Part shown: positions 35,735 to 48,750 of the stretch, in pieces
How positions within the stretch are numbered: position 1 is the stretch's first letter
Layout of the letters: each line of letters begins with the position of its first letter
Assembly (NCBI GenBank): GCA_964658305.1
Contig: OZ210885.1
Location: 18,910,001 to 18,974,000 of the forward strand
DNA from: Leptogorgia sarmentosa
Lineage: Eukaryota
Length of the DNA: 64,000 bases
Reading direction: 5' to 3'
Notes under the pieces: generated by a model
What the model saw: the letters and a program-made list of their open reading frames with translations, nothing else
Told to the model about the DNA's origin: nothing
The model's database searches: none
Translations under genes and position numbers: made by a program

Positions 35735-36400
35735 TGCACATTCCTCAGAAACGCATATCATATTACATCAATGTTCAAAGTAAAAAAAGGCATTGATATG
35801 ATTCGGTCCCCAGGCCAAGCTATACATCGTATGATATATCAGTGTTTTCTGAATAACATATGTGAAAATAAAAAAATTCTACAGAATAGATAATGAAAAA
35901 AAGGACTTGAAGTTCACATGCATTTCCGTTTGAGTTGCAGACTAATTCTCATATCAAACCTTTACTTTAAAATGGCAAAAACACGGCAGTGTATAAAAAT
36001 ATTTAAGGCAAGCAATACATTGTTGGAATTATCATTGTAATATGTATAATATATTGCAAAATGAAAAATCTATGGCTAGAATGAAGCGAGAAAAAGACTT
36101 GAAATCTAACATGCGCATTCCTCTGAAACGCATCATATTACATCAATGTTCAAAGTAAAAAAACTTATTGATATCATTCGGTCCCCAGGCCAAGCTATAC
36201 ATTGTATGATATATCAGTGTTTTCTGAATAACATATGTGAAAATAAAAAAATTCTATAGAATAGGTAATGAAAAAAAGGACTTGAAGTTCACATGCATTT
36301 CCGTTTGAGTTGCAGACTAATTCTCATATCACACCTTTGCTTTAAAATGGCAAAAACACGGCAGTGTATAAAAATATTGAAGGCAAGCAATACATTGTTG
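35735..36400 (-). repeat. Same ~375-bp unit inverted, ~1.8 copies (right arm)
   Basis: CAAGCAATACATTGTTGG at ~36009 and ~36384. Confidence 0.92.
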
Positions 36401-38158
36401 GGATTGTCAATGAAATGTTTTTAAGTATAGTTTGAAGTGAAAATTGTATGTCTAGTATTCGAACAATTCGAATTAAGATAAATGAGTTTCATTAATTTGT
36501 TTCTCAGGTTGAAACAAGGACTTTAAGTTTTGTAACTTTTTAACGTTCTTCAGTATAAAGAATTAGTTTCTGTTTGAATGTAATTACAATATTTGGAGAT
36601 CTATTATTAGATGTTATATGTAGTGAGCCACAGGCCAGTTATCCCCTAATTATTAAGGTTCTTTATATCATATAGCTTCTGCACATCGGTGTGCACATTC
36701 TCTTATATATATATGTATATATACGGTGATTAAAAGTATAAATTTGGACACTTACTAAATTTCAGTATTAGACACTTACTAAATGTCGGGCCTGTAGCAT
36801 ATAAGGTGTAAACTACTAATTGTATATATCAAACAAGAAGAGACTTTGAATCCGAAAGGTTTCGTAGTCATTATTACCTAAACCTTCTCGAAACTATTTT
36901 GGGAATTTAGGGCAGGTTAGAACATGAAGAATTTGTTAAATATGCTCAAGAAATAGTATACTTTAACTGTTAAAACTTTTAAATGATGGTAAATAGTAAG
37001 CGCGCAACATGTGGTCTTTATCAGCAGATTTAATCTGCTTACGAATGTACGATGAATGTTGTGACGAATGTCGTGATGAATGTCGTGATGAATGTTGTGA
37101 CAACTTCACAGTGGTCACTAATTGTGCCTGACAAAAGGCTTTATGGCCATAGCAGTGAAATATTGGAATTGACAATGTTACATTCTCCAATAAATCGCCT
37201 TGATTTGAAGCCTGAACGAATAAATCAAAGTATAAAGAAGGTGTAGATAACATTAATCTGTCAGTGAGCATTGAAAATAGAAATGTATAACACAATTTAA
37301 TCACTGAGTTGGCTTAATAGATGATGCATTTATAGTATACTGTAAACAAAAATATGTCTTATAATTGCAATATTACTCAGACACTTACAGTAAGATGGCT
37401 GGACAAAATACAAGCAATGTCATACATCAACACAATTTTTGAATTTTTCGAGGAGACGTCTCTTTTGAGATTTTCCAGTTCATAAAAGATATTCTAAAAA
37501 ATGTTTTAGAGTCACACTGGTGACCATTATTTATTACCCCATGGTTAGGAAAGAGGCAAAAATTTGTTCTCCCAAATTATAGGAAAACTATCATGCATAA
37601 TCATAACAAACATGCTACTAAATATGAAATACTCAATTTTAAGAAAATAATGTAAATGCACTATTTGACAATTAAGGCTTCCTTATATAAGGACAAAGGG
37701 TTATTTCAAATATTCCCAGTATCCACCCCGAATGAATTAATTTACCCCTTAAGATTTCGTAAATAACTTTAGAATACCTCCTCAGCTGTCCCCAACTATT
37801 CCCCACCCTAAAGTAATGCTAACCCTAACAACAGAATACAATGTGACCAGGTATTCTAGAGTTATAAGTGGAGATGATCATCTGGCATCGCCATCTGTAA
37901 TACCGCATTTCTCAATTGAGAAGTATTCTGTATTACCTGTAGAGAACTGGTGACACGGGTGCTGTATTGTACCTCTGATGTTTTGATTTTATGCTGATTT
38001 AATTCTTGCCTAAAATATTTTTGGGTTATTTGACTGCACGGTGCTGATGAGCCCCAAGCAGGGTGCTCACAAAATCGTGTTATTTCTATGGCCATGTGTA
38101 CTCTGATATTCAGACTCAGTACTTCAATATCATCTAAAAGTACCTGAATCCATTGGTA

Positions 38159-38311
38159 CAGTGGCGTTGCCAGAACAAATATTGGGGGGGGGGCATATTC
38201 ATGTATTCCTTGTTCACATACCATCAAAACAATTGATTTCCAAAGAAATTAATAAGGTCGAACATAAATACATGAATATGCCACCCCCCCCCCCTATTTG
38301 CCACGCCAGTG
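38159..38311. mobile_element. 153-bp hAT-type MITE
   Basis: CAGTGGCG/CGCCAGTG ends, perfect 8-bp TSD CATTGGTA. Confidence 0.85.
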
Positions 38312-38901
38312 CATTGGTAATAATTTATACTTCAGGGGCCGGTTGTTCAAAAGGTGGATAACTTATACAGTGGATAAGTCTTATCCTTCGGATAAATCTG
38401 CTATCCAATGGATAGCTATCCATTGGATAAAAACACGTTGCTCAAAGCATATATAGTGGGGTGAATAGCTATCCACCGGATAAAGGCATTTAATTATATT
38501 TTCACATAATTCAATAAATTATCATATTTAATATCCCATTCTCGAACGCTGTTCAAATGTGGCTTGGACCACTTGGTACGTGGTATTGTTTGTTTCAGAT
38601 GAGGAAATAACGAAAAGTACCAGATTTAGCAGCTAAAAGATTATTTAGACGTCAATACTTCGACATCAATGTTTTCTTGCCTTCGGTTCGGGATGCCATA
38701 CGAATATACTGTTTTGATGCAAAACTGTTGCATCTTTGTGTGCTTCTCCTGTGCGAGTGTCAGAATGATGGAAAATGTTTCGTTGCTATGTGTTGCTATG
38801 CCATGACGAATCCTGTATTGTTTCATTTGAAAGTGTTTTCACTGTATTTTGAACACTGATGATTTTGAATCAAAATTTTGAAATTTTTAATTAAAAATGT
38901 C

Positions 38902-39798
38902 ATGATGTCAGAGATACAAATTGTAAACACAGTGAAACGACCACGAAAGCCGAACTTTTCACCGGCAGAATGCACTACAATACTAAATATGGCCGAAGAA
39001 AACTTATCTATAATCAGAGACAAGTTTTCAAACGTTTTGACCAACCAGAAAAAAGCTGAAGTTTGGAAAAGAATAACAAACCAGGTAAATTGTCATGGAG
39101 TAGCCAAGAGGACAGCAGCTGAAGTCAAAGATAAATGGAGGTCAATGGTTATGGGAGCAAAGAAAGAATTTTCAAGAGAAAAGCAGGGAAGAAAGAAGAC
39201 TGGAGGGGGACAGCAGCCTGCTCCACCAACAAGCCAATCAGAAAGAATAATTAATATTTTTGGAGATGAACCATCATTTTCTGGTATCCCGGGTGGAATT
39301 GAGTCAGGTGATCAAGATGTTCTGACCACTATTGAAGGTTGGTGATATATATCTATATAATATATCAATTTGCTCGATACATAAGTTGACCAGCAGTTTT
39401 GTGCTTATGTAGGAGACATTACCATGGACGATGAAGCATTGGATTTCTCTGACTTCTCTCTGGACTGTAGTCTTACAGTACCTGGGGATTCCCAGACTGC
39501 TCAGGCTACAGCTCCCATTTCTGTTCGAACAATTTCTCACACAGCTTCAGCTGCCATTTCTACAGCTCCAACTGCCCCTTCGACAGCTTCCATAACAGTA
39601 ACACCTGCCAGAGAGGGAAAACCACCCAAAAAGAAAAGGCGAGTCACAGTGAGTGATGTGCAGAAGGTTCAAATTGATGTACTAGAGCTGGAAAAGGAAA
39701 AGTTGAAGGTTGAAATAGAGAATGTTAAGTTAATTCAACAAAAGCTACAAATAGAAGTACAGGAAATGCAGGCAAAACTGCCTCAATTAAAAACATAA
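38902..39798 (+). CDS. Harbinger Myb/SANT-like DNA-binding protein, 2 exons (38902-39337, 39413-39798), 273 aa
   Basis: RKPNFS...KAEVWKRIT...RTAAEVKDKW...KKTGGG; splice is in frame; C-terminal coiled coil. Confidence 0.9.
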
Positions 39799-40088
39799 AA
39801 TCTATTTATAGATGATGCATTATTCAATTTATTCCATTATTTGTGTATTGTGATGTAGGAGTAGATTAATGCAATCATCATCAGCTGTTGTAGTGAACAA
39901 TACACAAGGCTTTAACAGTTTAACTGCAAAATTCTATAAAATTTAAAAATAATTTTCTGTGTTGAAATAACTGCAATTTATTAACATGGTCAATAATTGT
40001 GTGTATATACATAATAATAATTTTAATTTATCAACGGTGTTGTACTGTTAAACAGTTTTTATAATATTTATAATGTGAATTATCAATA

Positions 40089-41478
40089 TCAAAAATGTGT
40101 ATTTGTGATATGATTTCTTACTGCATTGCCTGTGTTAACACCTTGATAGTTATTGCCAACTTCCAAATCTTCTTCGTACTCAAGATCATCTTCAGGTTCA
40201 TTGTGGTCTATTGCAATGTTGTGCAGGACAAAGCAAGCTGCAATAATGGCACACACTCTTTCAGGTGTCATTCGAATTTCACCATGTAAAACATGGAACC
40301 TTCTTTTTAAAATACCAAATGCTCTTTCAATTGCAGACCGGGTGCTTTTCAGAGACCTATTAAATGAACGTTCTTTTCTTGTCTGAGGGTCAATGTAAGG
40401 CGTCATCAAGTATGGCAAGCAGGGGTAACCACTATCTCCCAAAAGAACACCACTATCCAAACTGGTCCCTTCGAGGTCTTGGGCTACTGAAGAGGTGCAG
40501 AATATATGGCTATCATGTGTTGAGCCTGGCCATTTTGCCACCATATTTGTGAATTTTCCTGTTAAAAATAAAATTTTTGAAAAACTGTTTTTATGTGAAA
40601 AATAAAAATAATATTACAATATTATGTCTATAATTTATTAATAATCAAAATTTCAGAAGTTTTCAGTATGGGAGAGACACTGCTAAGGGCTGATGCAAAT
40701 TTGACCTTCCATCACTGTACCAAATTATCACTCTTCTTATTTTATATCTCCATATAACTATATTTATCCATATTAAAAAATCATTAATATGCACTATTTT
40801 GCTTTGCTTGTTGACATGTCAACAGACGCATTATTCAGTAAATTTATCGATAGTTGTGTCGTCGACACTCAAAAAGTTAAGGTTTTAAATGAAAGATCGA
40901 CGTAATACCTTTGTGATCGCAGATTCCTTGGACGTTAATACTGTGATAACCTTTTCTGTTTTCTAGTCTGGCTCGCTTTCGGTTGGTGCAATGATGCGAA
41001 CATGGGTTCCGTCGACACAGCCAATAACACATGGAAAGCCGGCATGTTCGTAGAAACCTTGCTTGATTATATCCTTCGCCTCTCTTGTTTCGGGGAACTT
41101 TACAAACCGATCGAGCTTTCGAGCAAGCGCTAGGCAGACCCTACGTACGACTCGACTAACCGTAGATTTATGGAGGCCAGCAAAGGTGTCACCGGTGACT
41201 TGCAGGAAGCTCCCTGTGGCTAGAAACCTTAGTGTTATTAACACTTGTTTTGTGGCACAAAGGGAATAACTACGCTTCGTCCGTGGGTTGATTTCATCAT
41301 GAACGAGGTTCACTATGAATGCAATTGCATCTTTTCCAAAACGGTATCGTGCTCTGCACTCCTCCTCGTCATAGTATTCAATAATATTTTGAATTTCTCG
41401 TCTGTAAAGCCTGTTCGCGCGCATATTGACTCGTGGAAGAGCATTCAAGGCAAAACCAGGCATTCTGTATAGTGCCAT
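40089..41478 (-). pseudogene. Harbinger (HARBI1-like) transposase, 2 exons (41478-40909, 40558-40089), 1-bp frameshift near 40964
   Basis: LRFLATGS, GCVDGTHV, NRKGYHSINVQ after frameshift, WPGSTHDS, LGDSGY, IERAFGILKRRF. Confidence 0.93.
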
Positions 41479-41737
41479 TTCGTTTAAAACGATTTAATTT
41501 TGAATAAATGAACAAACTTCGCTAACGCTAAAAAGTTTTATCCATTGGATAGCGATTTAAACTACCTCTGGACCTTGGATAAATTTTATCCATGGATAGT
41601 GATTTTTATCCGAAGGATAAAGTTATTCGAGGTTTGTGCAACGCAAATTACACATTGGATAAAATTTATCTGTTGGATAGTGAGTTATCCGGTGGATAGT
41701 GACTTATCCACCTTTCGAACAACCGGCCCCAGTTATA

Positions 41738-42520
41738 CAGGGTGTATAAAAAAAACGTAATCCAAGTTTAAGGCTTTATAACCAAAATAATATAGATTTC
41801 CATCTCTTAACTTTTAGTTCATGTTTTAGCCCTATCTTTTTTCTACTCAATAAGTGGTCGGTTGTGACTTTTTAGGCCATTTAGGACTTCAAAATAAGTG
41901 ATTTACTGCAAGCAGTCATTTTTAGATGCTTCGAATTCGACGTTCTTAATTCCGAAGGGGACGTTATCGTTGCATGCGAATATTTTGTTTGAAATATTTT
42001 CGCGAAATAATTTTAAAGTCTTAGGCATCATGCCACAGCTCACTACAGCAGAAATAACTTTTATTGTCGAAGGTTACTTTGTAACAAAAAGTATTCAGAA
42101 GTTTTAAGATTGTTTCGAATAGCTTTCCCGGATCGACAAGTCCCAAATTCCACGACGTTTGGCGTAACGTACTTAAATACCGGCAGATACAGCTTGAAGC
42201 AGATGCTTTACATGGAAATCATGAACTAATAAGAAGAGTTGCACAGGAAATGCAACGTCGAAGTGATTTGTGTGTGGTTAAATTTTAAAAAAGTTAAATT
42301 TTTAATAAATTCAAGCTATCTCAAATTTTAAATTGTCCAATCACACTTACTAAAAATACCATTACTCGCTCATTTCCAACTCAAATTTAACAAACAAGCA
42401 GACGTAAGAAAGCGGAATGATAGAGCTTTCTAACGGTGGTAAATATAGCCTATTTTCTAATACTTTTCGTTATGAAAATTGCATTTGAACGTAGGATTGC
42501 GTTTTTTTTTATACACCCTG
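41738..42520 (+). mobile_element. Internally deleted Tc1/mariner element
   Basis: TIR CAGGGTGTATAAAAAAAACG with TA flanks; residual N-terminal MPQLTTAEITFIVEGYFVTKS and C-terminal LIRRVAQEMQRR. Confidence 0.85.
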
Positions 42521-43642
42521 TAGACTATTAGGGTAATTTTACAGAAAGAATTAGATGATTGGCTGCTGCCGAGGTCATTCCAGTTGCCACATACTCATAT
42601 ATTTAATGCATATCTACATTTTGAAGCAATAACTGATCGTTCAAAGTTGTTCCACTGTATCCTATGTGGTTGCTACCCTGCATTGCTGAACTTGGATGTA
42701 TACCAGAAAAGTGTGTTTGAGTTATCAGGTTAGAAATGCATAAAAATATATCAGATGGTATGGGTAAACAGATACAGATCTGGTCCATGGTGAAATCTGA
42801 GAAAGTGTTTTTGAACTATGGAAGGGGAAATTGTGTTCAATCATGTAACATAATTCTCTTTTTTCAAAATTGTAGGATATATTCAAATTAAACCAAATTA
42901 TACATTTTGGTCACCCTATATTGGTCCAACGTGTGAGAAAGGCAATCTTGTCATTCGTTCGGAGTTTCAAAAAGCAAACCATAAACCATAAACGTTTTTT
43001 CAATTGAAAAACACATGCACATGTTCTGTGAGGGCCAAGTTAACAACGCAACTGCCAGAATGTAACCCAAACAGAATCTCAGTTGATACATCCACCATTT
43101 CCTTAACACAAGAGAAAATCTAATCTGACTGTCAACAGCCACCAGTCTATTAGCATAAATCCGAATGGGCAGTCAACCACTAACCAGAATTATCCAGATA
43201 AATTACCCAAGACTAACCCTAACTACCAACAAGCATCTCACCAATTGTAGGAGGTTGTACCAGAGAAGATATAAAATTTTTGTGTGTTTCAAACTGTGCC
43301 TTTGGCAACACCACTAAAGAAAAATTGATAACAGGCAAATAAGGGGGAACTTTTCTTGTACGATTGTTTCATATGTGTTAGGGAAACCACTACTCATTGT
43401 CTGCCCATTGCCCTGATTATGGTATTTCATCTGAGCTTTGGTACAGCTTAGTTATCAATTGTATCCGTCTTGGAAATAGGATATACAATTCTTCTTTTCA
43501 AGGCACATGACATTACGACACGAAGCAGCACAACCTGTTCATGTGACTGATTCGAGTTGTGCTTCCAGACTTTGTTTTGAAATAAATGAGAAAATTAATT
43601 TAGGGACAAGATGCTACTACATAAATTATTTACAGCCAAAGG

Positions 43643-44280
43643 CAGGGCCGGATTAACATCATGCGGAACCTGTGGCAGATGTTTAGCGCGGGGCCCCTCG
43701 GACATATTTGTTGAATTATATTTGTCTGGGCATATCACAGCATTACCACAATTTCAGGGGTGTAGGAACGGTTTGAAATCTGGGGGGCCGAGTGTGACGA
43801 GATGCCACCATGGTTGACATCGAGCAAGAAAATTTTGAGAATATAGAACCTCTAGATCGCCGGAACAGGCCATTTCATAGTGTTGTTTCACCGCGAAGGC
43901 CACAAAATAATTTTTAATACGTGAATAGTGAGTATTAAATTAAGTTTGAATGCGCCACGTAAAAGGGCCCCAAATTGACATGCAAACCAGGGGGCCCCAA
44001 ATTGACACGCAAACCAGGGGGCCCCAAATTGACAACCAAACCACGAGGGCCCAAGTTGATGTGCAAATGGAGGGCCCCAAATTAAATTGTTAGCGAAACA
44101 TGGGGGAATCGACATACCTGGGGGCAAATACGCAAATCACGAAGGGCCCCAAATGTGAACCACAAATCACAATGGGCGTATAATTTTCCAGAAAAGTGGG
44201 TGGCCGATCGAAGAGCGGGGCCCCTGTAAGCGTGGGGCCTGCGGCATATGCCGTTCTGCCATGTGGTTAATCCGGGACTG
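43643..44280. mobile_element. hAT-type MITE with internal GGGGCCCCAAATTGACA repeats
   Basis: CAGGGCCGGATTAAC / GTTAATCCGGGACTG; TSD GCCAAAGG / GCGAAAGG. Confidence 0.8.
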
Positions 44281-44869
44281 GCGAAAGGACTGCGCTGCTC
44301 TACAGTAACATAAATGATAACATAATGCTTGGCAACATGGCTATACAATCGGCCCAGTGATCAATGGAGGAGTATGTGCTCGTTTGCTGAATTTCTCAAC
44401 TCAATTCAACAAGTCTTCAACATCAACAATAAATCATATGCGGAGCTAATCACTTTCACTTTCTAATCGCTTTCACTTGATGCATTTCAATAAGCCATTC
44501 CTCTTCAAAATCTGAATGCATCGATTAACAGCAATGGCCTTTAAAACAATTTGAAATACAAAATTCTATCTCACAACAGCCTGAAAGAGCATCCTAAATT
44601 TAGTAAAACTTCAAAGTTTAGTTGTGAAGTAGCTATTGTGATGTGAAATAATACCCTGTGCCCAAAAGTATAATACGATTTTTTGGAATGGAGTATTTTT
44701 TGTCATTTTTTTGCTGCGTAATAAATAGGAATAAAGGTATAACAAAAATTGCCAACTTTTCTTAATTTGCCCTTTAAAGCTGTGGGAATATATTTTTTGC
44801 ATTGTCTGTTCCAACTTTATATGTGGTTGTTTTAGTGATTCAGTCATGATATAACAGGTTTGTTACAAC

Positions 44870-45806
44870 ATGTGTTTTACTGTCAGTTATTGTCCTACCT
44901 TTCAAAAAAAATCTGTACCCAACAGCTTATAAAATTTACCAACAAATATATAATTCATTAATAGTTAGCCATAGAAGGTCGACAATACCGAAAAGTGGTA
45001 TACTCGACCGGCTGCAATAAACTCGACCTTCAGGTGTCAAAATGTTGTACATGCACGTTAGTAATTTACTGCCAGTTATTGTCCTACCTTTCAAAATAAT
45101 CTCTACCCAACAGCTTATTAAATTTAACAACAAATATACAATTCAATAGTTAGAAGGTCAACAATACCGAAAAGTGGTATACTCGACCGGCTTCAATAAA
45201 CTCGACCCTCATGCAGTTGTCAAAATGAATCTGTGCATGCAGCTTATAAAATTTACCAACAAATATACAATTCAATAGTTGGAAGGTCGACAATACCGAA
45301 AAGTGGTATACTCGACCGCCTTCAATGCATGCAGCTTATAAAATTTACCAACAAATATACAATTCAATAGTTGGAAGGTCGACAATACCGAAAAGTGGTA
45401 TACTCGACCGCCTTCGATAAACTCGACCTTCGTGCAGTTGTCAAAATGAATCTGTGCATGCAACTTATAAAATTTACCAACAAATATACAATTCAATAGT
45501 TGGAAGGTCGACAATACCGAAAAGTGGTATACTCGACCGGCTGCAATAAACTCGACCTTCAGGTGTCGAAATGGTGCACCAACATATATACAATTCAATA
45601 ATTGGAATTATAGGTTGACAATACCGAAAATTGTTGGTGAAATTTATAAGCTGTTGGGTAGAGATTTTTTGTTAAAGGTAGGACAATAACTGGCAGTAAA
45701 TTACTAATGTGCATTGTACAACATTTTGACACTTCAGTGTCGAGTTTATGGCAGCCGGTTGAGTATACCACTTTTAGGTATTGTCGACCTTCTAACTATT
45801 GAATTG
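44870..45806. repeat. Mosaic tandem repeat with a terminal inverted copy
   Basis: GTCGACAATACCGAAAAGTGGTATACTCGACC five times plus a partial; 45640-45806 is reverse complementary to the first units. Confidence 0.88.
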
Positions 45807-45809
45807 TAG

Positions 45810-46965
45810 CAGCAGCAAGCACTGTCAGCTGTCCTTCTTGAAGATAGGAAGTCGTGGTGCCTTATGTTAAGTGATGCAGATGTTACAGTGCTAGAGAAGC
45901 TTGTTGAACTTCTTAAACCTCTTTCTTATCTCACTGATGCCTTGTCAGGAGAGAAAGAAGTAACTTGTTCTGCCATCCGGCCTCTTTTACAGCATGTGAT
46001 CGAAATCTGTGAAGAGAAAGATGAGGATTGCCCACTCTTAATCCAAATGAAGTCTGCCATTTCAGCTGATCTCTGTCCACACTATGAATCAGCTGGAATA
46101 TCATTGATTATAGATAAATGTAGCTTTCTTGATCCAAGATTCAAAGTAAACTATGTTGCTGACACAGATCTTGTCAAGTCTAACCTGTTGACAGAAATGT
46201 TGGAGCAACGTGAGTTACCAGTACATGACCAAGATCATTCTTTGCGGGCTACAAACCAACCACCACCACAACAAGAGTCAATGGAACCAACAGCACCCAA
46301 AAAGGCAAAAGGTCTTACAGCTATTTTAAGTAAGCTTCCAAAGTCAAATGTTTCCAATCAAGAAACAGTCCCAGTAGTAACCCTGGAGGCAAGGGCAGAA
46401 AAAGAGATGAGTAACTACTTAGAGCAATCATGCATAGAGACAGATAGTGATCCACTTCTGTGGTGAAAACACAATTGCATATATTTTCCTCTTCTTGCTG
46501 TAATAGCTAGGAAGTACCTTTGCATTCCAGCAACAAGTGTACCATCAGAACGTGTATTCAGCAAGGGAGGGATTATTGTAAATGCTTTTCGTACTAGGTT
46601 GAAACCACAACATGTGAATAATCTGGTTTTCCTTGCACAAAACATGGAATAAAGACCAAAGTAGAAACAGTAACTCTTACGGTAGAACACTGCACATACT
46701 GGCTAAGTTAATGAATAGAGCAAAAGACTATATGCAGGTACTATAAAACTTAGGCGGTAGACAAGAAAAACTGTTCGCATTACTGTAAATCTGTAATTCG
46801 TTGTTGTTTTTGAAGAGATAATGTATACGACTACATGCCTACTATATACTTCAATACTTATTAAATGTGATCTTTTTTATTGCTATTATAACGATATTAT
46901 CGAATATCGTGATAATTTCTTTGACAATAATCATGATATGATTTTTTTAATATCGCCCAACCCTA
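45810..46965 (+). mobile_element. 5'-truncated hAT (ZBED1-like) element: transposase C-terminus and right TIR
   Basis: FLDPRFK, DPLLW*, ARKYLCIPATSVPSERVFS dimerisation domain ending ~46652; ATATCGCCCAACCCTA end. Confidence 0.88.
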
Positions 46966-47094
46966 CTTGAAACCCAAGATATGAGTTAGTCTGATGATGA
47001 TTTTGTAATAAAATCGAAATATCACAAACTCATTTTTGTCTTGTTTTAACTCATATCTTGGGTTTCAAGATGTTAATCTTCGGATTATGTTTTG

Positions 47095-47880
47095 TATTAT
47101 ATGCATTTGTACGCCGTTGCCATTACTCCCTTGTTGCAAATTATCAAATCGGATGAAGTCCAGGATGTGCGACATGTTGCCTTCTATGACGACCTGAATG
47201 TTGCTGGAAAACTGGTGGATCTACGTTCTTGGTGGTAAAACATTGTCACCCACAGTCCACTGCTTGGTAACTACCGACAAGCTGACAAGTCCTGGTTGAT
47301 TGTCAAACCACATCTGGAATAATACACAGCCAAAAGAACCGCCATTGGAACTGATGTCTGCATTTCAACCAGCGGACACATGTACCTTAGATACATCGGA
47401 CACTTAGGATACATTGGCTCGAAGGAGGGGAAAGCTGAGTATGTCCAGGCTCTAGTTATGAGAAGGTGCACCAGTTGCATGTGTTAAGTGAGATTGTGAA
47501 ATTCAAGCCTCGAGCAGCTTATGCTGCTTTTGTGTCTGTTGTGTATCACACCACATCGCTCCAGTCGTCTTCAGCACCTTTCGTGGCTGCGGAAAAGAGA
47601 TGCAACAGTTCCTGCCTGAGAAGCTTGCAAGGAAGAAGAAGCGAGAGACCCCTATTGCTCTGAGCGCCATCAGGAAAAAGATTTCCTTCTTTCTGCTGCG
47701 ATCACAATTTGTATGGGTGCGGGGCAGGCGTATGTCGAGAACCCCAACCATTCCGTCGACCGATGACATTGGACTGTCAGAATGGAACTCGAACATCATT
47801 TACATTTTTGTTGTAGTTTGTATATTTAAGCCATGTTGGCGAGTGTTTAATAAATCTTTATTAATATTAAAAAAAATATA
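47095..47880 (+). mobile_element. Degenerate 3' part of a CRE-like non-LTR retrotransposon
   Basis: FYDDLNVAGKLVDLRSWW, KSWLIVK, RKKISFFLLRS..VRGRR, A-rich tail. Confidence 0.6.
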
Positions 47881-48254
47881 TAGAATGACAGTCATCAAGG
47901 TTTCATCTTTTATTGGTAGCTACCTGTAAAGATCAGGGCTGTTGAGAGGCAGAGTGGGCCTGGGACAATATTTCGATCTGGGCCCATTCGGCACATCTAC
48001 TGTGTATTTCTAAAAGGAAATAAACTGAATGGAAACCATCGCAGAAGTATTTCTTATATGCAAAATACACCATAAATTTAGAGTACAGAAAGTACAGAAT
48101 AGAAAAAGCAAAGAGCAAATAATACACTGACTGTCAGCATGTAGTTCATGAGATACTGACATATTAATTTATTACAATGTGAATGAATCAACATTTTGGC
48201 ACCTGGTTTTACAGAAAGGCTTTCTGCTTTAGTTCTTAGGTTAGAATCAGAAAA

Positions 48255-48750
48255 ACTTTATTCAATCAGGGTAACCCATTCAGTATGCAATATACTGTTA
48301 TCCTTTGGGGCCCTGAAAAGTTACAAGATAAGAATTAATTACATATAGAAATAGAGTTTATAATCTAAAAGTTATAATAGAATAAAAATGTACGTTTATA
48401 TTATAAATATACATACGTTTTGCTACCAGAGCGCAAAATCTATCCAGTCAGTCTATTGTAAACTTTACATCCATAGTAATAAAAGGAATTCTTAGCACAT
48501 TCTCTCCTTACTTTGGGAAGATGCAGTTTGTTTAATTGTCTTGTTATACGAGGTACAATTGGTCATTTCTTAGGCCATTTCTCACTGGTCAAGTTTGCAG
48601 TTATTATATAACAATACAAAGGTTTTCAATTCATTTTAAAGTCATAATCATAATCCTTCCAGTCAGTTGCAGCCTGTAATATACTACCACTCACAAACAT
48701 GGGTTGACACAAATGATACGGGCAAAGTCGTTTGCTTGTCATTTGGCAAT
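48255..48750 (-). mobile_element. Degenerate 3' end of a CR1/L2-group LINE
   Basis: Minus strand KLHLPKVRRECAKNSFYYYGCKVYN followed by 3' UTR with stem-loop and AATAAA. Confidence 0.55.

Larger units (their letters stand above)
32817..37115. mobile_element. Non-coding foldback-type element (4.3 kb) with very long modular inverted repeats
   Basis: ACCACTGTGAAG.../...CTTCACAGTGGT; arms reverse-complementary over >1.3 kb; flanking direct repeat CACTAATTG (32808-32816, 37116-37124). Confidence 0.92.
32600..37490 (-). pseudogene. KDZ (Kyakuja-Dileera-Zisupton) transposase relic, three exons
   Basis: IVLMYDIACILSSHL (ends 37389, GTAAGT), 37211-37128 LSIPIFHCYGHKAFCQ, from 32716 AKYSLRQCKNVGLTNGGVERL*S. 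Confidence 0.8.
38336..41729. mobile_element. PIF/Harbinger DNA transposon, full length
   Basis: TIR GGGCCGGTTGTTC(A/G)AAAGGTGGATAA, 3-bp TSD CAG, TGGATA/TATCCA subterminal motifs, two convergent genes. Confidence 0.95.

Noticed and set aside
44870..45806. CRISPR-like array of a ~32-bp repeat
   Set aside because: Intervening sequences are homologous to each other and uneven in length; no cas genes; eukaryotic context
46966..47070. 23-bp stem hairpin as RNA gene or terminator
   Set aside because: Looks like a tiny MITE or local inversion; no RNA-gene features
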